A stretch of 63,786 nt of DNA, counting the filler, from Candidatus Woesearchaeota archaeon (GTDB lineage: Archaea; Nanobdellota; Nanobdellia; SCGC-AAA011-G17; CAYFGV01), in assembly GCA_964342845.1 (NCBI GenBank). It is 3 parts of 3 records of this genome, joined end to end, with 100 filler letters (N's around TTAATTAATTAA, not from the genome) between each part and the next. Parts side by side here need not be neighbours in the genome. Positions count along the whole stretch, not along the records: positions 28,625 to 53,108 come from CAYFGV010000008.1; 2 more parts are not named here. The stretch is one strand, 5' to 3'. The position numbers were made by a program, and so were the translations under genes. The notes below the pieces were generated by a model. It was given only the letters and a program-made list of their open reading frames with translations. It did no database searches and was not told the DNA's origin. This document shows, one piece after another, positions 36,100 through 46,404 of this stretch. How positions within the stretch are numbered: the stretch's first letter is position 1; every line of letters starts with the position of its first letter.

Positions 36100-37698
36100 C
36101 TACTTCTTTTTCTTAATTAAAACAAAATAAATTAAAACACCAAACATAAAAATAGCACCTAAGATAAAGATGCTGTTGCTCATTTCAACATCTCCTTCTA
36201 CAATAGAATAACCAGTAATTAAATCTTCTCCGTTAATAAATTCATCTTCACTTTCATTCTCTTTAATAACAATATCTTCTTCTACTTCTTCTTCAATTAC
36301 CTCTTCTACGGTAATTTCTTCGACTACTTCTTCTACAATGACTTCTTCCTCAACTAATTCTTCAACTACGTCTTCGAAGTCTTCTTCTTGTTCTACAACT
36401 GTTTCTTCTCCCAATATAGCAAATACTGAAAAATGATCTATATTGGCCCAAACATAATTCTCTTCTGTATTTACTCCAGAATCTAAAACAACCCACTCGC
36501 TTTCATCATAATAATATAGTTTTAGAGAACTTTCGTCTAATCCTGTAATTTCTTCATCTGTATAATAAACTTTCATGATTCCACTAATTAAGTTTTCATT
36601 AACGTCTGAGCTAACAGTGACTTCTTCAAATCTACCGATACTTTCTAAATCAGAGGGAACTATGCTTTCATCGAAAAATCTTCCTTTAGTGAACATACCA
36701 CTAAATTCTTTTTTGAACTTAAATTCTAAATTAGTTTTATCAGAAAAATTAACATAGGTTGTTATATTTGCTTCAAAAGGGATAACACCTTCTCTATCAA
36801 TGAAATATTTTCTGGAGAATTCACTTCCAGGCATAGGTTCGATTCCAACTTTTGATAGAGTATATGTAAGTCCTAGTTTTTTTAAGATAGGAGTATTTGA
36901 GCCATCACCAACAAATACAATTTTAAACCTTATTTTGCCTGTAGAAGCGTCAACTGAACTTAAATCATTATTTTCTATTAATTTCCAATTCTCTCCTGAA
37001 TCAGAAGAATAGAAATAAGTTATACTGCCAGTACTGTCTTTAATAAATTTCTCCCAATTACTTAAATCTTCAACCCAAAAGTCCACACTCTCGACAAACC
37101 CTTCTTCAGGATAAGTAGTTATAACTTCATCAACCATTCCATTGTAAACTCCGACAACAAGATCAACACGGATGGTGTCTTCGGTAAAGACAGTGAAAGA
37201 ATCTCCTCCTGAACTTAGAGTTATGTAGTATTCTCCAACTTCGCCATCATAATTAAAACTTCCTAAACCAGGATAACTACATTCTTCTCCTTTTGGACAA
37301 GCATAGACCTTTCCAACTAATCCTCTTTTCATATAAATTCCAAGTCTTTCTCCTGCAGCCATTTCTCTATCTAGAACAACATCAAAAGAACCTTCAATTG
37401 TAGCAACTTCACTATCTAAACCAGATATTCCGTCAAAATAATCGCTTTCAATAACTAAAGAATAAACATCTTTCTCAACTCTTGTTATTTCTTCGATACC
37501 TTTAAACTTTATTCCTTTATCAAAAACAAAAACAGTGTCATCGTAAACAATTTCATTAATTGTAAATAACTTAACATTTCCGTTAAAAATGGCAAAACCA
37601 GTAATTTCTGAATTAAATAATGCTAAAACACCTAACATAACACCCAAAACTAAAAAAATCTGAATATAAAGTCCTTTCTTTGACCTCTTTTTTTTCAT
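36100..37698 (-). CDS. Surface protein with N- and C-terminal TM and a PGF-pre-PGF-like domain
   Basis: LDESSLKLYYY..WANIDHFSVFAI, acidic linker, ITGF and ITGY motifs. Confidence 0.85.
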   Translation of the reverse strand: MKKKRSKKGLYIQIFLVLGVMLGVLALFNSEITGFAIFNGNVKLFTINEIVYDDTVFVFDKGIKFKGIEEITRVEKDVYSLVIESDYFDGISGLDSEVATIEGSFDVVLDREMAAGERLGIYMKRGLVGKVYACPKGEECSYPGLGSFNYDGEVGEYYITLSSGGDSFTVFTEDTIRVDLVVGVYNGMVDEVITTYPEEGFVESVDFWVEDLSNWEKFIKDSTGSITYFYSSDSGENWKLIENNDLSSVDASTGKIRFKIVFVGDGSNTPILKKLGLTYTLSKVGIEPMPGSEFSRKYFIDREGVIPFEANITTYVNFSDKTNLEFKFKKEFSGMFTKGRFFDESIVPSDLESIGRFEEVTVSSDVNENLISGIMKVYYTDEEITGLDESSLKLYYYDESEWVVLDSGVNTEENYVWANIDHFSVFAILGEETVVEQEEDFEDVVEELVEEEVIVEEVVEEITVEEVIEEEVEEDIVIKENESEDEFINGEDLITGYSIVEGDVEMSNSIFILGAIFMFGVLIYFVLIKKKK

Positions 37699-37737
37699 AT
37701 TTTTATTTTTATTTACTTATTTAAATAAATTGCTATT

Positions 37738-38499
37738 TTATCCTCTTCTTTTAACAACAAACTTAGGACTTACAAACTTATCTCCGTACATTGCTTGTAT
37801 GACTGTTCCGTCTATTAATTCAACGTTTAAAACAGGATGATCTTTAGAGAGTTTAATGTTAACTAATCCTCCAAATCTAGAGATAACTCTATTTAATTCG
37901 TTAAAATTCTCAAAAACGATATCTGTTAATACTTCTTTTTTATCTTTGTAATCAATAAAAACAGTTTTACCTACACCTCTGCAATAAATCCCTTTAACGT
38001 CAGGGTCGTCGAACAAAGGCTGAACTAATCCGAAACCAATAACATGCTTTTCTAAATAATATTTAATTTTATTTAAATAATCTTCAGTAACATTTATTTT
38101 AAACTTTTTGGAGACATTTTCTAGATTTCTTCTTAAAAACTCTTCATCTTTGACTAGTTTTTTTCTTATACCTACCATTTTCCTTAAATAATCTAAAACA
38201 AAAACATCTTCTCTTTTTAGTTTAGGTTCTATAGGTTTATAATATAACTTGTCTTTAACAAAACTTAGCTTAGCTTTTTCTCTTCTTAGAATATCTTTTA
38301 CTTTTAATGGTTCACCTATTTTTCTAAACTCTTCTTTTTTACTAGATGCTTTAACTAATTCTAGAATAAAATCTCTCAAAAAAATAGCCTTAACACTATA
38401 AGCTTTGGGATCTTTAACTACTTCAGTCAAACCTTCTACAAACTTCAATCTTTCTTCTAATTCCTTGTCGTATAAAAAATGGATCTCATTCATAATCAT
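37738..38499 (-). CDS. Truncated VirB11/TadA/FlaI-like secretion-ATPase N-terminal domain protein (no P-loop)
   Basis: GFGLVQPLFDDPDVKGIYC..ELNRVI..HPVLNVELIDGTVIQA..FVVKR, then a stop. No Walker A. Confidence 0.75.
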   Translation of the reverse strand: MIMNEIHFLYDKELEERLKFVEGLTEVVKDPKAYSVKAIFLRDFILELVKASSKKEEFRKIGEPLKVKDILRREKAKLSFVKDKLYYKPIEPKLKREDVFVLDYLRKMVGIRKKLVKDEEFLRRNLENVSKKFKINVTEDYLNKIKYYLEKHVIGFGLVQPLFDDPDVKGIYCRGVGKTVFIDYKDKKEVLTDIVFENFNELNRVISRFGGLVNIKLSKDHPVLNVELIDGTVIQAMYGDKFVSPKFVVKRRG

Positions 38500-38804
38500 A
38501 AACTGAAATCTTTTTTCTTTTTGATATAATCTTCCATTAATAAGATTCCTTTTGCAAGATCTTTGTTTTGTTGCATCAATGATTCTAATTTTAAAGAAAG
38601 AGATTTAAATTCGCCTTCTTTGCTTGAACTGCTTGTAACATGCTTACTAGCTTCTTCAAACAAACCAACCAACTTGTCTATTCTTTTAACTAATTCGTTA
38701 TTAGATTCGACTAATCTTAAAGAAACTTTCTGTAATTCAACAATGTTTTTTACAAAAGCTTGATTTAATTTTTTCTCTGGATTTGTAGTTTTCTTTGTCA
38801 CCAT
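38496..38804 (-). CDS. Hypothetical coiled-coil protein
   Basis: Heptad pattern, LFEEASK..QNKDLAKGILL. ATGA overlap with the downstream gene. Confidence 0.75.
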   Translation of the reverse strand: MVTKKTTNPEKKLNQAFVKNIVELQKVSLRLVESNNELVKRIDKLVGLFEEASKHVTSSSSKEGEFKSLSLKLESLMQQNKDLAKGILLMEDYIKKKKDFSL

Positions 38805-38850
38805 CTTTTTTTCTTAATTAAATTATAAATAAGATAATTTATAAAGATTT

Positions 38851-39771
38851 CTACTCTTCGTCTATTTTAATCTTTTTTAATTCTTCTTTCAAATTCAGTT
38901 CTTTTAGTAATTCTTTGTATCTATTTCTAATTGTAACTTCTGTAACGCCTGCAACATCTGCTACTTCTCTTTGGGTTCTTTTTTCATTATTAATTAAAGC
39001 AGCAACATATAAACTAGCTGCAGCTATTCCTGTTGGACCCCTACCAGATGTAAGTTCTATTTCTTGTGCTTTTTCTAAAATTTCTACAGCTTTACTCTGT
39101 GTTTCAGCACTCAACTTTAAAGCAGATGCAAATCTAGGAATATAATCAATAGGATTACTAGGTAATATTCTCATCCCTAATTCTCTTGTGATAAATCTAT
39201 AAGTTCTTCCAATTTCTTTTTTATCTATACCAGAAGCTTCTGACAATTCATCTAGTGTTCTTGGAACTTCGTGTCTTCTACAAGCAGCGTATAATGCTCC
39301 TGCAACAACAGACTCCATAGATCTTCCTCTAACTAGTCCTCTTTGAACAGCCATAGTATAAATCTTAGCTGCTTCTTCATCAACAGCACCAGGTAGTTTT
39401 AGAAAAGAACTAACTCTTTTTAGTTCAGCTAAAGCTAATTTCAAGTTTCTTTCAATAGCTGTACTTATTCTGTGCTGCCATTTTTGTAATCTAAAAAATT
39501 TACTTCTATCTTTACCAGGCATTTGATAAATGTCTGAACTTTTACCTATGCTTGTACCTAACCCCATATCATGTTTTGTGTAAGTCATAGGAGCACCAGC
39601 TCTTCTTTGACTAGATTCATCGTTCTCGAATTCTCTCCATTCATGAGAGAAATCAATCATTTTTTCTTCTACAACTAAACCACAATCTCGACAAATAGCT
39701 TCTCCTCTCTCTTTATCAAAAGAAATATTATTACTTCCACACTCGGTACACTTCTTAATATGAACAGACAT
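38851..39771 (-). CDS. tfb: Transcription initiation factor B
   Basis: CTECGS..CRDCG Zn ribbon, EWREF, GLVRGRS, GVTEVTIRNRYKEL. Confidence 0.98.
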   Translation of the reverse strand: MSVHIKKCTECGSNNISFDKERGEAICRDCGLVVEEKMIDFSHEWREFENDESSQRRAGAPMTYTKHDMGLGTSIGKSSDIYQMPGKDRSKFFRLQKWQHRISTAIERNLKLALAELKRVSSFLKLPGAVDEEAAKIYTMAVQRGLVRGRSMESVVAGALYAACRRHEVPRTLDELSEASGIDKKEIGRTYRFITRELGMRILPSNPIDYIPRFASALKLSAETQSKAVEILEKAQEIELTSGRGPTGIAAASLYVAALINNEKRTQREVADVAGVTEVTIRNRYKELLKELNLKEELKKIKIDEE

Positions 39772-39847
39772 TTTTTACCCCCTTGAAATAAAAGCATCAA
39801 AAGCTTTATATATTAAAAGTAAGAAGTAGTATTTAAAGGTTTCGGTT

Positions 39848-40225
39848 TTATACTAGAACAGCATTAACAACAGCTTCTTGGCCAGGTCTTGAAGTAACCT
39901 TAGCCTTGCCTAACTCAGTATCAATAATAGCTCCTTTGTTCAAAATATTCCTTCTAACAAAGTGCCTATTAGCGGAATTCTCTAAAACAGCCTTAATTTT
40001 GACTTTTTTATACTTTTTAGCCTTAGAATCATAAACATTAACAAACTCAGCACCTAACAAAACAGATTTTAGTGTGCCTGCTCTAACCCTCATTGTCCTA
40101 ATTCTTTGCTTTCCTACCTTTGTAGAAGTCGGGTCTCTTCCTAAATCTCTTAATTTTTTCTTTCTATAATCGATATATCTGCTACCAGAAACCTTTCTTT
40201 TGGATCTTAGTTGTGACTTAGCCAT
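39848..40225 (-). CDS. rps8e: 30S ribosomal protein S8e
   Basis: RSKRKVSG, RRNILNKGAII, TSRPGQ. Confidence 0.97.
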   Translation of the reverse strand: MAKSQLRSKRKVSGSRYIDYRKKKLRDLGRDPTSTKVGKQRIRTMRVRAGTLKSVLLGAEFVNVYDSKAKKYKKVKIKAVLENSANRHFVRRNILNKGAIIDTELGKAKVTSRPGQEAVVNAVLV

Positions 40226-40368
40226 ATAAAAAACAAAGAAATAGGTAGTTTAAAAGCTTTTTGATTAAAGGAAAAAAAGAGTAATAATCTACGAGAGAAA
40301 CAACTTAAAACAAAATCAAGAAAACTACATTAGTAAAATTTATAAAATTTATCTCCTACCATAAAGTA

Positions 40369-41382
40369 ATGGGACAAAGAAGATTAGAAATATCAGACAT
40401 AGCAGTAGTACAAGAAGTAGAAATAATTAAAAACCCGTACCAATTCTTAAATTTAGCACAAGATTCTTCTCCTGAACAAGTTAGGAGAAGCTATATCAGA
40501 CTAGCAAAAAAATATCACCCAAACTTAGTACATCCTAAGTTTGATGCTAACAATATCTCTGAATTATACAATCAAAAAGATATAGAACCAACAAACCTCC
40601 CCCATCCAATTGCTGAACTAACAAAAATTTGGCAAGATCCTAGAACAAAACCTGAAAAAAGGAGAAATATCCTAGAAGGAATTAGATTGATGGCTCATAG
40701 AAGAATGGTTCTGCTTAACAGAGCATATGAAGAGATTAAATCTAGGTATGCCCCTACAGAATGGAATAAACTCTTTGGTTACGATTTTAAAAAAGTTTTC
40801 AACGAGGATGAAAAGGAATTCAATAAAGTTGTAACATTAGAAGGGGAAGGAAAAGTAACTGTTTATCCAAACAACCTTGAATATTGGGTAGCAGGCCCAT
40901 ATCTAGAATTTGATTATGGTCCAGATGACGACCATCCATGGATTGATTGGGATTATAGACACGCAATTGTCCTAAATCATTTGTTTGCCCACATAGAAAT
41001 TGAAGAAGGTAAAAAAGTAAATAAAATCCTATTAGAACCTCTATTTAATTGTTTTGAGTTGGACAATGAGCAATCCCGTGATTTAATTGATATGCTATCT
41101 AGTAGCGAGAATACTAAATCTATCATGAAAAGAGTAGGAATTCCTAATGAACAAGAAGTCAAGTCTAAGGATGGTGGAGACGGTTGGTTAAAATCATTAA
41201 AGTTCAGACGATGTATAAATGAAATCCTTACTTTATGCCCAGAACCAGATTGGAATGATGTTGGAATAAGTTGGGAGCTGAAAGATAATAAATTAAGGTT
41301 AGAAGATTACTCTCAAACTAATTTCTCAGAAGCAGATTATATTCTATTCCTTACTTTAGCATACGGTCCGCTATTAAATTGA
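40369..41382 (+). CDS. J-domain-like protein (HPN instead of HPD, interrupted J domain)
   Basis: NPYQFLNL..EQVRRSYIRLAKKYHPN, ~55-aa insert, then MVLLNRAYEEI. Confidence 0.75.
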   Translation: MGQRRLEISDIAVVQEVEIIKNPYQFLNLAQDSSPEQVRRSYIRLAKKYHPNLVHPKFDANNISELYNQKDIEPTNLPHPIAELTKIWQDPRTKPEKRRNILEGIRLMAHRRMVLLNRAYEEIKSRYAPTEWNKLFGYDFKKVFNEDEKEFNKVVTLEGEGKVTVYPNNLEYWVAGPYLEFDYGPDDDHPWIDWDYRHAIVLNHLFAHIEIEEGKKVNKILLEPLFNCFELDNEQSRDLIDMLSSSENTKSIMKRVGIPNEQEVKSKDGGDGWLKSLKFRRCINEILTLCPEPDWNDVGISWELKDNKLRLEDYSQTNFSEADYILFLTLAYGPLLN

Positions 41383-41417
41383 CTAAATATAAGCATTAAA
41401 CATTAAATAAACCTTCT

Positions 41418-42371
41418 CTAACCAATATAACTCTTTAAATAAAATTCAACCATTAAAAAGAAAATATAAAGAAAAACTAAACTTAGACCTTCTCTCCAAT
41501 CCAAACCGTCTCCACTCTGAACAAAAGTAAAAAATAAAAACCCAACAATAATCATAAAAACAGCACTAACAAAAAACACCAAAAAATCAGCAGAAATAGG
41601 ACTAATCAAAGCAGTAACAGCTAACACTAAAGTAGAATTAACAACTACACTTCCTATTAAATTTCCTAAGTTCATATCACCGTGGCCTTCTAATGCAGCT
41701 TTACTACCAAAAACTAATTCAGGTAAAGATGTTCCTAAAGCAACTAAGAACAAACCAATAAATATTACAGGCAAACCAAAATCTAAAGCTAAAGCACTAC
41801 CATACTTAACAACATAACTAGAACTAAAAAATAAGGTAATAATACAAGCTATGAATAAAAAGGCATTGAATACAACTTCTTTTCTAGGTATTTTATCTTC
41901 TAAGACTTTTCTAAATTCTTTTCTTTCACTAAGCATCTTCCAAACATAAAAACCAAATACTAAAATTAAAATTACTGCATCTATGCGAGACAAAACTCCG
42001 CCAATTGCCATTAATATAGCAGGCAATAGCATTATAAGAATCATATATAAACTATCTTTTTTTATTTTAGTGCTATCAATTTTAATTCCTCTTGCCAATA
42101 AAACTGTGATACCTATTACAATAGATAGGTTAGCAATATTAGAACCTATAACAGTACCTAAGGCTAAAGCACCTTTTCCACTTAGACCACTACTGATTCC
42201 AACAAACAACTCAGGAACAGAAGTAGCAAAAGCCATTAAAATAAAAGCAGCTACAAATTCGCTAACTCTTAGAAAAGCAGCCAACTTACTTAGGCTTTTA
42301 ACTAAATAAGAAGCGCTAACTACTAAAACTGAACAAGAAACCAAAAACCAAAGTAGATTTAAACCTAACAT
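41418..42371 (-). CDS. Na+/Ca2+ exchanger (CaCA family)
   Basis: ATSVPE, GSNIAN, GTSLPE, GNLIGS alpha repeats. Confidence 0.95.
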   Translation of the reverse strand: MLGLNLLWFLVSCSVLVVSASYLVKSLSKLAAFLRVSEFVAAFILMAFATSVPELFVGISSGLSGKGALALGTVIGSNIANLSIVIGITVLLARGIKIDSTKIKKDSLYMILIMLLPAILMAIGGVLSRIDAVILILVFGFYVWKMLSERKEFRKVLEDKIPRKEVVFNAFLFIACIITLFFSSSYVVKYGSALALDFGLPVIFIGLFLVALGTSLPELVFGSKAALEGHGDMNLGNLIGSVVVNSTLVLAVTALISPISADFLVFFVSAVFMIIVGFLFFTFVQSGDGLDWREGLSLVFLYIFFLMVEFYLKSYIG

Positions 42372-42481
42372 AACATTGTTTTAAATAATTCAACTTAAAT
42401 AATTTACTAAAAAAGTATGAATAGGTCAAAAAAACTAAATCACCAAAAATTTAATAAATCATCATTTACAGTTATCTCGAT

Positions 42482-43273
42482 ATGAAAGGGATGTATGATA
42501 AAAGTAAACATGTAGAAGATACTTTTAATGTGAGCAATATGCCAGAATATTTATTACAGGCTCAATGGGCCGAGTTTATAGAGCTTAAAAAGATTATTAT
42601 AGAACTTCACAAGAAAAAGAAATCACCTCTAACTATTTTAGACATAGGAATCGGAAATGCAAGAATCTTGAAACATATTGTAGGGATAAAAGAGACTTGG
42701 GACGCAATTGAATACTATGATGGAATTGATATTGCACAGAATTGTATTAATATCTCCAAAAAGGTCATCAAAGATTTAAAAATCAATAAAAAAGTAAATA
42801 TTCACTTATTAGATGCTATAAATCTTAAAAAATTAAATAAGAAATATGATTTAATAATATCAACTTAGTTTACTGTTGGAAACTTCTACCCTTTTGATTT
42901 TAATTTTAAGAAATTTAGACACGGAGATGATATGTCCACAAACGATAAATTTACAAAGATTTTTAAACAAGCCTATGAAATACTCAATCCAAAAGGAGAA
43001 ATAATTATAGGTTCTGTGTACGTCGACAATGAAATGACAAGAAAAAAACAAGAGGAAGCCTACAAATATTGGGGATGGGAATTGATTACTGATAAAAGAG
43101 ATTGCTTTACAGCAACAAAAGAAGGTTGGTGGTCTTTAAGATTTACCAAAAAAAGAATTTATAACTATTTAAGTTTCATACCTAAAAGTAAATTTAATTT
43201 TATTCCTCTAGATACTTATGAATACGCTATGATGATAGAAATAAAAAATAGTCTGTTTAAACGTTTAAATTAA
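42482..43273 (+). pseudogene. Class I SAM-dependent methyltransferase interrupted by an in-frame TAG (42866-42868)
   Basis: ILDIGIGNAR, YDGIDI, YDLIIST*FTVGNFYP..AYEILNPKGEIII. The two track ORFs are in the same frame. Confidence 0.85.
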
Positions 43274-45878
43274 CGATTCTCCTCCTAACAAAATACTTCT
43301 TAATTTCAATAATAAAAAACACGCTACTTGAAACTAAAAGTATCTTAATCCAATCAAAAAGAGTTAAATAAACAGTACTAAAAAATACATTCAATGGAGA
43401 ATAAACTACTAAAAACTGTAAAGATATGCTTAGTAAAACAGCATAAATTAATTTCTTATTTGAGAAAAACTTCTTACTAATTAAAGATTGGCTAACTGTC
43501 TTGCTATTAAAAACATGGAACATTTGGAACATAATTAAAGTTGAAAAAGCAATAGTCTGAGCATACATAAGATTATCTAAATAACTTCCAAACAAAATCA
43601 AAGTACCTACACACATAATAACCCCAACAAATAAGAATCCTAATAAAGAATTCAAGTCAACTATACCTTTCTTAAAATCTTTAGGTTTCTTTTTCATAAT
43701 ATCTTTAGTAACAGGTTCAACACCTAGAGCTAATGCAGGTAAACCATCTGTAACTAAATTCATCCATAGAATTTGCACAGCTAATAAAGGTAGAGGCATT
43801 CCAATTAAAATAGCAATAAAAATAACTAAAATCTCACCAAAATTACTACTTAACAAAAATCTGACAAATTTTTGAATATTACTATAAATACCACGACCTT
43901 CTTCAATAGCATTGACAATAGATGAAAAATGATCATCAACTAAAACCATCTCACTAGCTTCTTTAGCAACATCAGTACCTTTTAAGCCCATAGCAACACC
44001 AATGTCTGCATCTTTTAAAGCAGGAGCATCATTAACACCATCCCCTGTCATAGCCACAATATGTTTATTTTTCTTTAAAGCTTCTAGAATCCTAACCTTG
44101 TGTTCAGGACTTACACGGGCATAGATTCCAGTTTCTTCAACAATTTTCCTAAGTTTTTTGTCATTTATCTTATCTAACTCAATGCCTTCTAAAACCTTGC
44201 CTTTGATTCCAATCTTATCGGCAATAGCTTTAGCAGTTAATTTATGATCTCCTGTAATCATAACAGTTCTTATACCTGCTTGTTTACATAATAGAATACT
44301 TTCCTTAACACTTTTTCTAGGAGGGTCAATCATGCCGGCAAGACCAACAAATACCACTTTCCCTCTTTTCTTGTAAGCCATTCCTAAAACTCTCAAAGCA
44401 TTTTTTGCCATTTCTTCATTGGCGTTTAGAATTGAACTTTTTTGTTTCCCACTTAATCTTAAAACTTTATTATTGTAATGAAAACTATCGCACATGTTTA
44501 GAACAACTTCAGGAGCTCCTTTGATCAACTCGACAGTGTCTTTGCCTACTTTGTTTTTAGTAACCATGTATTTCTTTTTAGAATCAAAAGGTATTTCGCT
44601 AACTCTTTTGTAATCAGCTTTTATATTTCCTTTAGCAGCCAAAACCATTAAAGCTCTTTCAGTAGGGTCACCAGAGTCCAAAGTTGCATTATTACAATTA
44701 GCACAAATACTTAACAAGCTTGTTAAGTTTTTCTTATACTTTTGTTTACCTAAATAAAATTCTCCTTTTGTTTTATAACCCACCCCTGTAACATCAATTA
44801 AATCATTTGAAAAGAATACTTTTCTAACAGTCATCTCGTTACAAGTTAATGTTCCTGTTTTATCTGAACAGATTACATCTACACTACCTAAAGCTTCAAC
44901 AGAATTAAGTTTTCTAATTAGAGCATTTCTTTTAACCATTCTCTGCACACCAAGAGCTAGTGTAATTGTAACAACAGCAGGTAACCCCTCGGGAATTGCA
45001 GCAACAGCTAGACTAACAGCAATCAATAACATCTCAGTAGTTCCAAACCCTCTGACTAACCCGACTAAGAAAACAATAAAACAAATAGCTAAAAAGATTA
45101 AACCCAAATATTTGCTAAAGGTTTGTAATTTCTTTTGTAGTGGACTCAATCCTTCTTCGGTTTCCTGAATCATATGTGCTATTTTACCTACTTCGGTATC
45201 CATTCCTGTTTTAACAACTAGCGCTCTTCCTCTTCCTCTTGTAATAATAGTATTAGAAAAAATCATATTCTTTCTTTCAGCCACAACAACATTTTTACTG
45301 ATTAGATTTAGATTTTTACTAACAGGAACACTCTCTCCAGTTAACAAAGACTCATCTACGTTTAATTCTACTTCTTCTAACAATTTAGCATCTGCTCCTA
45401 CTTTATCTCCTTCTTCTAGAACTAAAATATCTCCAGGAACAACCAAATAGGCAAAAATTTCTTTTATTTTACCATCTCTAAAGACTTTGCACTTTAAACC
45501 ACCTAGTTTTTTTAAAGCTTCAATAGATTTTTCTGCTTTAAATTCTTGAAAAAAGCCAAATAAGGCGTTTAAAATAATAATAATTAAGATAACAATAGAG
45601 TCTACGAAATGGCTGATTAAACTATTTCCTTGATTTAAGTATTCTGTATACCCTACAATAGCAGAGATAATTACGGCTAAAACTAAAATTAGAATTAGAA
45701 AGCTCTTGAATTGGTTGATAAATATCTTTAGTTTTGATATTTTCTTTTTTTGTGTTATTTCATTACGGCCGTATTTTTCTAATCTTTTTTCAGCTTCTTT
45801 CTCTGATAGTCCTTTTTCTGAGCTAGCTAATTCTCTAAAAACTTCTTTAACCTCTTCTTTATAATAATCCATTAACAT
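43257..45878 (-). CDS. P-type IIA Ca2+-transporting ATPase
   Basis: TGES, IPEGL, DKTGTLT, KGAPE, GDGVNDAP, QILWMNLVTD. Confidence 0.96.
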   Translation of the reverse strand: MLMDYYKEEVKEVFRELASSEKGLSEKEAEKRLEKYGRNEITQKKKISKLKIFINQFKSFLILILVLAVIISAIVGYTEYLNQGNSLISHFVDSIVILIIIILNALFGFFQEFKAEKSIEALKKLGGLKCKVFRDGKIKEIFAYLVVPGDILVLEEGDKVGADAKLLEEVELNVDESLLTGESVPVSKNLNLISKNVVVAERKNMIFSNTIITRGRGRALVVKTGMDTEVGKIAHMIQETEEGLSPLQKKLQTFSKYLGLIFLAICFIVFLVGLVRGFGTTEMLLIAVSLAVAAIPEGLPAVVTITLALGVQRMVKRNALIRKLNSVEALGSVDVICSDKTGTLTCNEMTVRKVFFSNDLIDVTGVGYKTKGEFYLGKQKYKKNLTSLLSICANCNNATLDSGDPTERALMVLAAKGNIKADYKRVSEIPFDSKKKYMVTKNKVGKDTVELIKGAPEVVLNMCDSFHYNNKVLRLSGKQKSSILNANEEMAKNALRVLGMAYKKRGKVVFVGLAGMIDPPRKSVKESILLCKQAGIRTVMITGDHKLTAKAIADKIGIKGKVLEGIELDKINDKKLRKIVEETGIYARVSPEHKVRILEALKKNKHIVAMTGDGVNDAPALKDADIGVAMGLKGTDVAKEASEMVLVDDHFSSIVNAIEEGRGIYSNIQKFVRFLLSSNFGEILVIFIAILIGMPLPLLAVQILWMNLVTDGLPALALGVEPVTKDIMKKKPKDFKKGIVDLNSLLGFLFVGVIMCVGTLILFGSYLDNLMYAQTIAFSTLIMFQMFHVFNSKTVSQSLISKKFFSNKKLIYAVLLSISLQFLVVYSPLNVFFSTVYLTLFDWIKILLVSSSVFFIIEIKKYFVRRRIVNLNV

Positions 45879-45975
45879 TTAATTTAATTTTATTTGTTTA
45901 AAAAGATTTTGAATGGGTTTCCGATACCTTTTTAAATAACTAATAACCTACATTTTTCAAGGGGGTAATATAACC

Positions 45976-46206
45976 ATGGAAACACAAAGACCTTTAGATG
46001 CGTTAAATAGAGCAAAAGATAAAAGAGTAATAGTTGAATTAAAAAATAATAAACAGATGATAGGAAAATTAGAAGCTTTTGATATTCATATAAATACAGT
46101 TTTAAATGAAGCAGAAGAATGGGTTGATGGAGAACTGAAAAGAAAACTTGATACAGTTTTTATTAGAGGAGATACTATTGTAATAATCTCACCTCAGACA
46201 GAATGA
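45976..46206 (+). CDS. lsm: Sm-like archaeal protein (Lsm/SmAP)
   Basis: [20 protein letters not shown]. Sits upstream of rpl37e, as is typical. Confidence 0.96.
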   Translation: METQRPLDALNRAKDKRVIVELKNNKQMIGKLEAFDIHINTVLNEAEEWVDGELKRKLDTVFIRGDTIVIISPQTE

Positions 46207-46367
46207 GTAAAGGCACTGCCTCTATGGGCAAAAAATCGGGAAAGAGAACAGTAATGAACTGCAGAAGATGTAGTGGTTACTCATATCATAAAACAAAAAG
46301 AGTCTGTTCTTCTTGTGGTTTTGGAAGGAGTTCTAAATTGAGGAGTTATTCTTGGCAAAAAAAATAA
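46203..46367 (+). CDS. rpl37e: 50S ribosomal protein L37e
   Basis: [31 protein letters not shown]. Missed by the ORF track. Confidence 0.95.
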   Translation: MSKGTASMGKKSGKRTVMNCRRCSGYSYHKTKRVCSSCGFGRSSKLRSYSWQKK

Positions 46368-46404
46368 CAAAACTTTTAAAAACAAGAAGCTAAAATAAAT
46401 ATGT

